64,000 bases of DNA from Prasinococcaceae sp. CCMP 1430 (lineage: Eukaryota; Plantae; Prasinodermophyta). The stretch is from the NCBI GenBank assembly GCA_013416795.1, contig RQSC01000017.1, forward strand, positions 41,576-105,575, given 5' to 3'. The notes beneath the pieces were generated by a model that was given only the letters and a program-made list of their open reading frames with translations, ran no database searches and was not told the DNA's origin. This document shows, one piece after another, positions 21,059-32,078 of the stretch. How positions within the stretch are numbered: the stretch's first letter is position 1; each line of letters starts with the position of its first letter. The position numbers were made by a program, and so were the translations under genes.

Positions 21059-22370
21059 CTAGCTCTTGAGAAGCTTTGGTGCCCTGGTATCCTTGCTTGG
21101 CACATTCTTAGCCTTCTGTCCGACGACGCGGTGCAGCGTCGGGCCCGTCTTCGACTCAGGCGGCAGCCAGTCTGGCGCGTTGGGGTTCGCTCCCGACGCC
21201 TCCAGCGCGCGCTTCTTTTCGGCCTGCGCTTCGGCGGCCGTACTCGCGGCGATGCTCTTCTTGACAAACGCCGAACGCTGCTTGTGACGCTGCGACACGT
21301 TGGGCGCCACGAAGGGGCGCGTGGATTCATCCGAAGAGAAGCCCGGCACCTTAATGTGCCAATTGCGTTCCAGATGCACCATGAGGTCCTTGGGCTCAAG
21401 GGTGTCGGAGCGACGGTGCGCGGCGAGCATGCACGCAAAATTCGTCACCTGAGGGAGTACAGAAGCGAGCGCGGGCGCGCCGCGGAGTCAGCAAGCGTGC
21501 GCCCGCGAACAGGGATGTTGACAAAAGCTAGAGCGCAGCTTACCGTCTCCGTGAAGTCGTCCGCGATCTCCAGCAGTGCCTCCTTCACCTCCGCTTCGAG
21601 CGTATATCGCTTGTCGATGCGCTTCACCAGCCGATCCAACTCCTCGTGCTCCACCAGCGAGCCATGGAATGCACCGTCGATCGACGGCACCGACTGCACC
21701 GGCTGCACACCTTGCGGGTACGCCGGCATGACTCCGCCCATTCCGCTCTGGCCCGCACGCGCGCGTGCAGCCGCCAGCTGTGCCTCATGCTGCGCGTGCA
21801 ATATGGCGGTTTGGTTGGCGCCATATGTGGTCCCGGGACCCGAGCCATCGCCCCCCGCAGTGCTGCCCGGCCCCATTGCAGGCGGCACATGCGTCGCGGT
21901 CTGCGCGGAGCCAGCGCCGCTCCCTGTCACCTCCCCAGCCGCAATCGCGCCCTGGCCAGCCGCACCGGGGGCGGCGGCGGCGCCCGCCGGCTGCTTGGGC
22001 TTTGGCTCAGCCTTCTTCGCGCGCGCCTGCGGCTTCTTGGCCGGCGGGCGCCTCTTTGGCTGTGCCTGTGTGCGCGACGCCGATGTGCGCGAGGAGCCGC
22101 CGACGATCGCGCGCGTCAGCTGACACGCTGTCGCGCGCGTAAGGACGGTTGTCGGGGCGGGGCGCCGCGCGCCGCTCGCTCCAACGTCGCGTTTTCGGGC
22201 CGAGGACGCGCCAAGACTGCTGGGCCATGCCCAAGCATATCGCGTGCCGCACAGAGCATGCGCGCGCATGCGCGCGCGCACGGGCGCATTCGCCGCACCT
22301 TTTCCGCCTCAGCCTTCTTCGCCCTTGCCTTCTTGGCCTTCTCCGCCGCAGGCGCCCCCTTGGCCGGCAT
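21059..22370 (-). CDS. TAF12: TFIID subunit 12 (exons 22370-22299, 22119-21544, 21448-21059)
   Basis: Histone fold LDRLVKRID...LEAEVKEALLEIADDFTET|VTNFACMLAAHRRSDTLEPKDLMVHLERNWHIKVPGF. Confidence 0.93.
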
Positions 22371-22848
22371 CGCCCCCGCCTCGTCCGCCGCGCCGTCCGG
22401 CGCCGCGATCGCCCACCCGCCGCAGCGCCCGCGTCCCCCGCGGCGCCTGGCGGCGCCTCGTTCGCGCGCTGCACAGCCTGGTGCGAGCTCGCCGTCCGAG
22501 CCATGCGTTCCACCCGCGGCGGCGGGGTCGAGCGCGCGGGGGAGAAGGGGGGAAGGGGGACCAGCGCCCGCGCGCTGTGGCGCCCCCCCCACCCCGCCCC
22601 ACCTCGCCCTACGCCCGCGCGGCGGCAACCAACACCCGCCACCCAGCCACGAAAACATACACATCCGATAAATCAAAACCCATTTTGACGTGCACTCTTA
22701 TCATCCGCGGCATTATCACCGTTTTTCTGTCCGTGCGCGCCACAGCTGCCTTTTTTTTCTTTTTTTGGGACGTCTTTGCCTGCCTGCAACAACTGTCCGA
22801 ACTTCCGAACGCATTCTGTCGTGCGTCGGCGTCCGACAGTTGCAGTTG

Positions 22849-24771
22849 ATGTGTTTTCTTTTTTTTGGTGCGCGCACTGTTCGGCCTCGCACTACGCACC
22901 CGCCGCCGCCGTCGGAGGGGCGCCCGGCGGGAGGGGGGAGGGCGGGCGCGCGCCCTGGCGCGGGAGGCGGCGCGGGACTGGGTGCGGGCGCGAGCGCATT
23001 CCTGGGTGGGGGCGCGGCTCGCAGCGGCGACACGTCCCACCTCGGCAGTGGCGGTCACTCCCGCGCACGCTTCGGGCACAGGTACACGCTCGTGAGAGCA
23101 GCTGATGGAAGCAGCGAAATCGAAAGCGGAGGCAACGTCGGCGCCAGCGCGCAGGCAACGGAGGGTAGTGCCGGTGCCGCGGATGCAACGTCCGCCTCGG
23201 AGCTGCCGCCATGGTCGGCGATGGCGTTCCCATTCCTCGTGCCCGCCCTCGGTGGGCTTCTGTTTGGCTACGACATCGGCGCGACGTCCGGGGCGGTGCG
23301 TTGTGTGCGCGCATGTGCGTTCGCCCCCTCACATGGCCCTGCGCACCGCGCATATGAGAAGCGGACAGTGCCAGGCTCGCAAAGCCTCGCCTTGCCTGTT
23401 CACGGCTGACGGGATGGCATCGCGCCTTCAATATCCTCGCTCCCACCGTAGCTCGTCTCACTGGTGGACCCCGTGAACTCTGGCACGTCTTGGTTTGCGA
23501 TCGACGCGGCGGCAAAGGGCCTCCTGGTGTCGGGCTCGCTCGTTGGTGCACTTGCGGGCTCGTTGCTCGGCCTGCAGTTCGGTGACAAAATCGGCCGGCG
23601 CCGCGAGATGGCCGCAGCTGCGGCGTGTTACATCCTCGCGGCAGCAGGCGAGGCGCTCGCTCCCGGCTACTGGGCGCTGGTGCTCGCGCGCGGCACCTAC
23701 GGCGTGGGCATCGGCCTCGCCATGCACGTCGCCCCGCTCTATATCGGCGAGACTGCACCTAGCGCTGTGCGCGGCACGCTCGTCAGCCTCAAGGAGGGCA
23801 TGATCGTGGGCGGCATCCTGCTCGGCTACCTGGCGGGATCGAGCCTCATTGACACCGTCGGTGGCTGGAGGTACATGTACGGAGCCGCACTGCTGCCTGC
23901 GCTTGCCTACCTGCTGGGTGCGCTGCGCGTGAGCGAGTCGCCGCGCTGGCTGTGCCTGGAGGCGTCAAAGTGTGAGCCAGGGTCGGCCGAGGCCACCGCC
24001 AACTCGGCGGCCGCGCGGAAAGCGATGCTCGCTCTGCGCGGCGGCGAGGGCGTGGCATCGACCGAGGCTGTCGAGATGGAGGTGGCCGACGCCGAGCGCG
24101 CGCTCGAGGCGGCTGCCTCAGAGGACACGGACGTGTCGTGGGGCGAGATCTTCTCGGGAGGGTACCTCAAGGCGTTCACGGTGGGCGCGGGGCTCATCGT
24201 TTTCCAGCAGATCACCGGTCAGCCCAGCGTTTTGTACTTCGCGACCAGCATATTCCAGGACGCGGGCTTCGCTGCGGCGGATGAGGCGTCCAAGGTCAGC
24301 GTGGCGCTCGGTGTTCTGAAGCTCGTCATGACTGGCGTGGCAGTGGTGCTGGTCGACAAGGCAGGGCGCAGGCCTCTGCTCCTCGCCGGCGTGGGCGCAA
24401 TTGCGGCGACGCTCTTCGTGCTCGGGTGGTCGACGGCCTCATCCTCAACCGCGCTCATTTCGGTGATTGCGCTGTTGCTGTACGTCAGCGCATACCAGGT
24501 GAGCTTCGGCCCGATCAGCTGGCTGGTTGTGAGCGAGGTCTTCCCCGCGCGTGCCCGCAGCAAGATGGTGGGCATGGCCACCACGCTCAACTTCGGCAGC
24601 AATGCACTCGTGGCGGCGGCGCTGCCCACCGTGCAAGAAACCATCGGGCAGAGCGCCACCTTTTACGCTTTTGGTGCCATTGCAGTCATGGCTTTGGCTT
24701 TCGTCGCGAAGGGCGTGCCTGAGACGGCCGGCAAGACTCTCGAGGAGATCGAGGCGGGCTTTTTCAAGTAA
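22849..24771 (+). CDS. MFS sugar porter, VGT / D-xylose-proton symporter-like, probably plastid-targeted (intron 23296-23451; start uncertain)
   Basis: PALGGLLFGYDIGATSGA, GDKIGRRRE, PLYIGETAPSAVRGTLVSLKE, ESPRWL, FQQITGQPSVLYFA, VDKAGRRPLL, GPISWLVVSEVFP, VPETAGKTLEEIE. Confidence 0.93.
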
Positions 24772-25354
24772 GCCAGTGAAAAGTAGAGGCGGCCGCGGGT
24801 GCCACTGTACTCTTTCCCTGCACCAGACACCAAATCCCACCTCTTTTAGTCGCAACATTCTAGAGGCCTGCCTCCCGCCCCCTCGTCTACCCCTGCGCGC
24901 GGGCGTCAGGGTGAACGGGTGCGTGTATGTGTTCGTGGGCGAGGACGCGGGGAAGGCATGTGCCGTGATGCTGCGCCTGCCATGCAAACGATGGACCGCC
25001 GGAACGAAAAAAATTCGCTGCTGTTCGCCACGTCAGCGCGCGCCGCGCTGCTCAGAAAACACGCCAGCGATACTAGCAGCGCGGCTTGTTGTGCCGCGCA
25101 GCTGCTGCTCCAGTCGGCGGTGCCGGGCGTCGGCGCCGGCGCCGGCCAAGAGGGAGGCAGGGCGCACGGAGGGGGAAGTTGGTGCACCCCGTGGCGCGGG
25201 ATGCGTGATCGGGGGCCGGCCAGGGCGGCCGGCATGCGGTCGTGGCGCCGCGCGCGCGCGTCGTAGCTGGTAGCGCATTTTGGGGTTCGGGAGGACCGGA
25301 GCTTCTGTCTGGCGCCAGAGGGCGCGTGCGGCGCGGACTGCCACCCGCGCAACC

Positions 25355-26992
25355 ATGATGTTTGCGGCGGCCAGGCGTGCGGCCACGCGGCGTGTGCCTG
25401 CTCTTGCGAGGCAGTTTGCCGCCGCGGGAGGCGGCCGGGGCGCGGCCGGCCCGGGCGGTGGCGCGGGTGGGGCGGGATGGTCAAACCTGACCGGGGCGTT
25501 GGCAGCAGGAGGGGCAGTCGCGCTCGCCACCGCCTTCACGCTTGGCGGTGCGGCCTCGGGAGTCAAGCTCGCTGAGGGCGACACCACAAGTGTGCCCAGC
25601 GGCAGCAACGCTGCAGCAGCCTTCGTCAGGCTGAACTCGGTCAAGGAGGCCGTGCCCGGACCTCCGGTCGACTATGCGGCGGTGCGAGCGGCGATCGAGG
25701 ACGCGCTCGACGACAACGACGACATGGGTCCGACTCTGGTCCGTCGCCGTTTCGTCGCTCGCCCTCGCAGTGCCTCCTTCGGCGTGTGTAACTAGCCAGA
25801 GCGAGTGGCCTTCCGCGAAACGCGAGAGCTGACACTCCCTCTGCCGCTAATCTCCTTCCCCCTCCGCCGCCGCCGTCACTGTGCTTCGCCTGAGCAGGTT
25901 CGTCTTGCGTGGCACGCAAGCGGCACGTATGACAAGCACACCCACACGGGAGGGTCAGAGGGTGCCACGATGCGCTTTGCACCCGAGTCTGAGCACGGCG
26001 CCAACGCCGGTCTCCACACGGCGCGCGACTTCTTGAAGCCAATCAAGGCGAAGTTCCCCGACATTTCGTGCGTTGTTGCCGGCGTCCGGCGCCCGTGCGC
26101 CCACGCACTCGCCATCGCGTGCTGACACCAGCGAGCGCGCGCGCGCCCTGCGCCACTGGCGCGTGCAGATATGCTGACCTTTGGACACTGGCGGGCGTGG
26201 TCGCCATCGAGGCGATGGGCGGGCCAAGCATCCCGTGGAGGCCCGGCCGCCGAGACGCGGCCTCAGGCGCCTGCTGCCCACCGGAAGGCCGCCTGCCCGC
26301 GGCGGACATGGGATCGAAGAAGGATACCATCAAGCACATACGCGACATCTTCTACAAAATGGGCTTCAAGGATCGGGAAATCGTCGCGCTGAGCGTGCGT
26401 TGCGTGCCGCACACGGCGAGCGCGCTGCTCTGCCCGTCTACGGCTGACGGAATTGCTGCGCTCCCCCCCCCCCCGCCCTGCGCACACTTGGGGACCGTGA
26501 AGGGAGCACACGCCCTCGGCCGCTGTCACACAGACTTCAGCGGCTACTCTGGGCCTTGGACCCGCGCCCCGACGACCTTTTCCAACGAGTACTACCGCCT
26601 GTTGCTCTCCGAAAACTGGACGAAGAAGGTGTGTGTGACCTCCAGACACGAGCGCCGCGGAAACCACGGCCCCTCTCGTCATGGCCTGCGATTCTGACAC
26701 AGCGTGCATCCCCCCCTGCCTCACCCCACCCTTCGCCCCTCCCCTCTCCCAGAAGTGGGACGGGCCCGAGCAGTACGAGGACTCGACTGGCGAGCTCATG
26801 ATGCTGCCGTCAGACATGGCGCTCGTCTGGGATCCGGTGTTCAGAAAGTTCGTCCAAGCTTATGCAGATGATTACGACCTATTCGCGGCGGACTTTGCCA
26901 AGGCCTTCAATAAGCTCGAAGAGCTCGGCGTGGACGCCTTCCACAAGCAGTCGTGGAGTGAGAAGTTCTTCAGAAAGTCCCTGCTATGGTAA
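25355..26992 (+). CDS. Mitochondrial cytochrome c peroxidase (class I haem peroxidase); exons 25355-25738, 25898-26067, 26169-26394, 26503-26628, 26753-26992
   Basis: GPTL|[86 protein letters not shown]. Mitochondrial-type presequence with hydrophobic stretch. Confidence 0.9.
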
Positions 26993-27084
26993 GCGTTCGT
27001 CTGCGCGGAGCAACCTGTATGTAGCCCGCCCAGGCCCAAGCGTATATGACAACGTTTTATGCATACATAGTCCTCGTGCGCCGC

Positions 27085-28309
27085 CTACGCCGCGGCATGC
27101 ACAGCCCCTCCCCCCGCAGCTGCAGCGTCCGCCGCGGCGTCGGCCTCGCGATTCAATTCGCGTACTATCTCGACGAGTTCCTCCACGTCCCAGGCGCCCG
27201 TGGGCACTGCGGCGCCCTCGCCGCCCGCCGGCTCAGCCATGAGCCGCATCTCGGGCCCATCAGGCACTGCCAGCTCGCCGATAGCGGTGCGGCGGAGTGC
27301 CGCCAGATGCGAGACCGTGCCAAGCCGCTCGCCGAAGTCGCGCGCCCATGAGCGCACGTAGGTGCCCTTGGAACACGCCAGCTCGAAGTGCACGTCTTGC
27401 CCTGCGGCAGCCGCGGCCAGGTACGCCTCATCGCCTTCCTCGCCCTGCGGCGACACGGATGCACACAGGCGACGCGCAATGGTGGGGTCAGCGACAAGCT
27501 GCGGCGTGGGCGCGTAGGCGCACGCACTGTGCTGAAGCGCGGCAAGCGCAGCGGCGGCAGATCCGCGAGCGCACCTCTGACGCTGTTGCCGCCGCTGTGG
27601 GCGCACCGTCCATGCCACCGGCCGCGCGCCACACACGCGCGCTGTGTACGGTCACGTTGCGCGGCTCAACCTCTACCGTCTCCCCTCGTCGTGCCTTCTC
27701 GTACAGGCGCTCGCCGCCGACGTGCAAGGCGGAGTACATGGGCGGCAGCTGGGCCAGCTCGCCAGTGAGCTCCTGCGCAGCAGTTGCGAGCTGCTCGTCG
27801 GAGAGTGCAGCCCACTCGGCGGTCTCATCGACCTGCGTTTCGCGGTCAAGGCTCGGCGTGCTCTCGCCGAGGCGCGCGGTTCCCACATAGCGCTTCTCCT
27901 GGCCCACGAACGAGTCGATGCGCTTGGTCGCCTTTCCAACACAGACCACGAGCAGCCCCGACGCCAGCGGGTCCAGCGTGCCAGCGTGTCCCACCTTGAG
28001 CTTCTTCTTGCCGGTGCGCCTCTTCAGCGCGCCGCGGAGCTTCGCGACCACATCGAAGGAGGTCCAGCCGAGGCGCTTGTCGATGAGGATCACCGTGTCA
28101 TCCCACGGCTCCGACGACAGCAGCGCGGGTTCTGCGGCGGCTGCCGCCGGCGAGCACAGCAGCCGCGGCGGCCCCGGCGGCGGCCCCCCCTTCGCCTTCG
28201 CCGCGACGGGTGCGCGCAGCGGCGGGCGCCGCCGCCGCACGCCAGCGGCGGCCGCCGCCTCCCTTGCCCCCGGAAATGCACCCAGACGCAGCGGGCGCAG
28301 CCACGCCAT
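27085..28309 (-). CDS. truB: tRNA pseudouridine-55 synthase TruB, organellar (intron 27574-27445)
   Basis: LIDKRLGWTSFDVVAKLR, KVGHAGTLDPLASGLLVV, KRYVGTARLG, PPMYSAL, CSKGTYVRSWARD, HLAALRRTAIG. Confidence 0.95.
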
Positions 28310-28780
28310 CCCCTCTCCCCCCACTCCCAGAACCGCCGCGCCGCCCACCTCCCTCTCTACACCCACCGGCGCGAGCGCGCTGTGGCGCGCCAGGGCCGCC
28401 TCAACGCACTGCTGCCAAAACCCCACCGGCCGCGCTGCGATCCCAGATCAGACTTTGATCGAATCACCTATTCACGGGTGCTCGAGCACCCGCACAACCC
28501 AGATATTGGCGCAGGTTTGCTGGTTTACCCCGGGGCGCATCCTGGAAACGAATCTCGAACCCTCTAGGTACGCGATAACCCTAAATAAGCGACGCGTAAC
28601 CGTCATGTCCGAGCATCGCGTCGCGTCGCAGGCGTGCGAGCGCGCGCGCCGCGGCCATGCCGCACGCGCGGCGCGCGGTGCACGGCGCCCCTTCCGCAGG
28701 CCCGGCCGTGCCCCGTTTCCGCCCTGCCTCCGCCCCTCATCCCCTGCCGCGCTCGTTCGCTCGCGCGCGCGCTCGTGGCC

Positions 28781-30154
28781 ATGACGCTCATGGCTGCCCT
28801 CACAGCTCTGGATGACAACAAGGAGTCGGTCAAGGCGGCGGCTGCAGAAGCGCTGCGCAATCCGAATGCGCTCGCGCTCGCAGCGGGCACGATCCTCGCG
28901 CACGCCGAGGGCGAGGCGGTCGCGGGGAGTGGTGCTGGAAAGCGAGTGCAGTACGACGTCTTCGTTGCCAACGAGATGATCTTCCGCGCTCTGACAACCG
29001 ACAGGGTGGCAGCGCGAGCCCCAGGCGGGGCCGTGGACTCGCTAAAGGTGGTGCTGCCGCGCCTGCTGTACCTCGCTGGAGGCGCATACGCTCGAGCAAG
29101 CACCGACGAGGAGAGGGTGGCAATAGATCGCAGGAATACAAAGATCCGCATGATTCTGAAATTCTGGAGGGACAAGCTCGTCTTTGACGAAGGCACCATC
29201 TCCGAGATGGAGAGGGCGTTCAACAAAGATTTGCAGCAGCAACCGCAGCGACAGCAACAGCAACAACAAGAGCATAGCGGCCACCAACATCACCACCACC
29301 AACAACAGCAACCGCAGCAGCAGGCGCAGCACGCCTCTGGCGGTGGCGCTGAGCTCCCAGACGGATGGGTTGAGAGACTTGATGCCTCAAGCGGCCGCCA
29401 CTACTACTTCAACAAAGCCTCGGCGGAGTCGACATGGGTGCGCCCCCCTGACAAGGCTTCGTCACATGTGGCACCGCTGCCACCACCGCCTGGGCCGCCC
29501 CCGCCCCCACCCGTGCCACAGCAGCAGCAGCAGCAGCAGCAGCAGCGGCAGCAATGGCCGCAGCAGCAGCAATGGGCGCATTGGCAAGGACAGCAGCGGC
29601 AGCAACCCCAAACGCACCCCCCCACACCCCCGCCGGCGTTGGCCCCAACTTCCGCGCAAGCCGCAGCGTACTCCGTGGCAGGTCGAGTACCCTCAGCAAT
29701 GCCTTCGCTGCCCCTCCCGTCCGCCCCGGCGCCAACAGACTGCGCCGTCGGGATGCTCCCGTTTGCTATGGAAAAGGCGCGCGAGCTCGATGCCAGCTGG
29801 GCGCCATACTCGGCGCTCCCAGCTTCCGCCGTCGCGAACGCACGCCGCCCCGCCGACGTGGAACGAGGATACATCGCCATGCGGCTGGCCAAGTTCTACC
29901 AGGCTATAGGCATCGAGAGGGAGCCCATGCCGCTCGAGGAACTCGGGACGCTCAGAGCGGCAGGTGGCGGCGCGGGTGCGCTCAAGCGTGGCACTCCCGG
30001 GCTCGGACACGGCGGCGGCGGCAGCGGCAGCGGCGTTGGCCTCGGCGGCGGCACCGCCGCGGCGGCCGAGCAGGACCAGTACATGGCCTACCGCGAGCGC
30101 TGCCGCGGCATCGCCATCAGGCTCGCCAAGCAGTACCGAGCCGGTCTCGGCTAG
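28781..30154 (+). CDS. CHERP-like protein: CID-like N-terminus, polyQ, WW domain, CHERP-like C-terminal motifs
   Basis: YDVFVANEMIF...KIRMILKFWRDKLVFDEGTISEM (CID-like); LPDGWVERLDASSGRHYYFNKASAESTWVRP (WW); AVGML..PYSALP..RLAKFY..GLG..DQYMAYR resembles the CHERP C-terminal half. Confidence 0.6.
   Translation: MTLMAALTALDDNKESVKAAAAEALRNPNALALAAGTILAHAEGEAVAGSGAGKRVQYDVFVANEMIFRALTTDRVAARAPGGAVDSLKVVLPRLLYLAGGAYARASTDEERVAIDRRNTKIRMILKFWRDKLVFDEGTISEMERAFNKDLQQQPQRQQQQQQEHSGHQHHHHQQQQPQQQAQHASGGGAELPDGWVERLDASSGRHYYFNKASAESTWVRPPDKASSHVAPLPPPPGPPPPPPVPQQQQQQQQQRQQWPQQQQWAHWQGQQRQQPQTHPPTPPPALAPTSAQAAAYSVAGRVPSAMPSLPLPSAPAPTDCAVGMLPFAMEKARELDASWAPYSALPASAVANARRPADVERGYIAMRLAKFYQAIGIEREPMPLEELGTLRAAGGGAGALKRGTPGLGHGGGGSGSGVGLGGGTAAAAEQDQYMAYRERCRGIAIRLAKQYRAGLG
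29521..29600 (+). repeat. Coding CAG/CAA (polyQ) microsatellite
   Basis: gcagcagcag... within the CHERP-like ORF. Confidence 0.85.
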
Positions 30155-30765
30155 CCGGCGGGAGCTCGCGTCGCGCGTGCACGCCCACCGTTCGCACGCG
30201 TCCGCGCTCGCTCGCTCCACCAGCGCCGCTCCCGGCCTGCGCCTCCGGCCTCCGGAGCTTCCGGAGCTTCCACGAAAATAAAATGGTATCGGGATTTGCT
30301 CCCATCCGGCCGAGAGAGCAGCAGCAGCGGTGCTCGCCGCCGCCGCGTTTCAAACGCGCGCGCGCACCCGCCGCCGCCGCCCATCAAAGAATGGATTCCG
30401 ACCCCATCACCGCGCGTACGGTCGGTGCGGGCGCGCGAGCGAGGAGACCCCGGCGACGATCCGAAACTCCGAAACTCCGAATGCGCGCGCGCGCGCCGCG
30501 GGGCCGCGGCAAACGCGCACCGACGATGGACCCAGCTGAGTGCGCGGTGGGTGTAATACGCGTTCCCCGAGCGCGCGCGCGAGCGCACCTGCCCGCCCGC
30601 CAGACCTCGTGCGGCCGGCGCGCTCGCCCTCGCTCGCGGGGCGCGGGGAGGGGTGGGGTGGGGTGCGCGCGGGGAGGAACGCGCGGTGGGGCGTAGGTGG
30701 GGCGGGGCTCGGAGGAGAAGAGGAGGAGGGGGATGGGCGTGCGTGTGTGTCCGGGGGGGGCAGAG

Positions 30766-31972
30766 ATGGTCGGAAGCGCCCGCTCGCGCGCCCTCGCGTC
30801 GGCCGTCGCGCTCGCGGCCGCGGCCGCGGCGCTTGCGGGCGCGCCGCGTGTGGCTGCGCTCGACCCGTGCCGCTCGCAGCCCGACGCCGTGCAGCGCGAC
30901 GACGGCTTCGTGGTCGGCCTCGCGCTAGGCGGCAGTGACGCGGTGGTGTGGGATGGCCGCCACCCATGCAACGCCGCCGACCGCGCCGCACTCGCAGGCG
31001 TGAAGGTGGTGGCATACCGCACGCGCGCTGACGAGCTCGACGCGCTCAGGTTCGAGTGCGATCAGCTCGGCAGTGGCAAGGAGCTCAGTCCCGGGGAGCA
31101 CGAGGACCTGATGATGCGCTGTCCGGCGTCGTGGGCGGTGCGCATGGACGATACGTTCGAGCGCTTCCCCAACGCAAGCGTGGTGGCGTTCGCGCGTCAC
31201 GGCCAGAGCCTGAAACGCTCGCCGCCCCGCCCCTTCCGCACTGTGCTTGGCGCGGGTGACCCTTCGGGCGCGACAGCTGCCCATGTCACGGAGCTCAGAC
31301 TAGTGCTGCGTTTTGTCGATGGCATGCTCGACAGCCTCCTGGTGCGTTCCCGACAAGCAGCCTGCGCGGACACCGCGCGTGAATGCGTGCGCGCGCGTGC
31401 TGACGCAAGGCGCCCTGCGCCCGCGTACCCTCGCTCGTGCGCGCGCACCACCGCTGCTGCGCGCGCGCAGTGGGCCGACACTGGGTGCTCCAAGTGCGAG
31501 GGCGTCACCGGCCAGGCGCAGGCGGCCTCTCACACATGTGTCGCAGACAATTGCGCGCTCCGCAACACGTACTGCCTCACCGAGGCCACCGAGGTGCGCG
31601 AGCGCCGCACGGAGGGCGCGCTTGCTTGTCTTTCTCAGCGCGCGCGCTTGCGCAATCCGGGTCGCGGTGGCGGTGCTGGTTGCACACCACGCTCACTGAC
31701 CGCTCGCAATAATCCTCTCTGCGCAGGGCCTGGACAACGTGGAGGACTGCCGCCTGCGCGTGTATGTGTCGTGGGCGGGGACCGACTCGGCCGGAGTGCC
31801 GCTCAAGAGCGCCAAGCAACTAGCATCTATTGGCAACCTCGCGGTGAGCGGCGCCGCCATATCGGCCGCCATCACAGGGATCGACGCCACGAAAGACGTC
31901 GTAGGCGAGGTCACCGATGGTGTCAACAACGCTATCAACAAGACTGTCGAGACCTTCGACGTGAGGCGGTGA
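30766..31972 (+). CDS. Secreted Cys-containing protein of the plant Expp1 (At3g44150-like) family; exons 30766-31341, 31471-31593, 31727-31972
   Basis: Signal peptide. DDGFVVGLA..HPC..YRTRADE..VVAFA..RSPP..VTELRLVLRFVDGMLDSLL|WADTGCSKC..CVADNCA..DCRLRVYVSWAGTD parallels the plant pattern DGFTIG..PCD..VAFAG..RS.P..TSFTLVLEF.KG.L..L.WK..GC..C..DC.LGIQ.AFSGTD. Confidence 0.7.
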
Positions 31973-32078
31973 TAGGACGCGCGCGCGGCACAGTCTCACG
32001 CGCCTCGTGCATGGCGCTTGGCTGATCGGGCTTCGTTCGCAGCAGGTAATACTGGAGCTCGCCTCGCACGCGCGCGCC

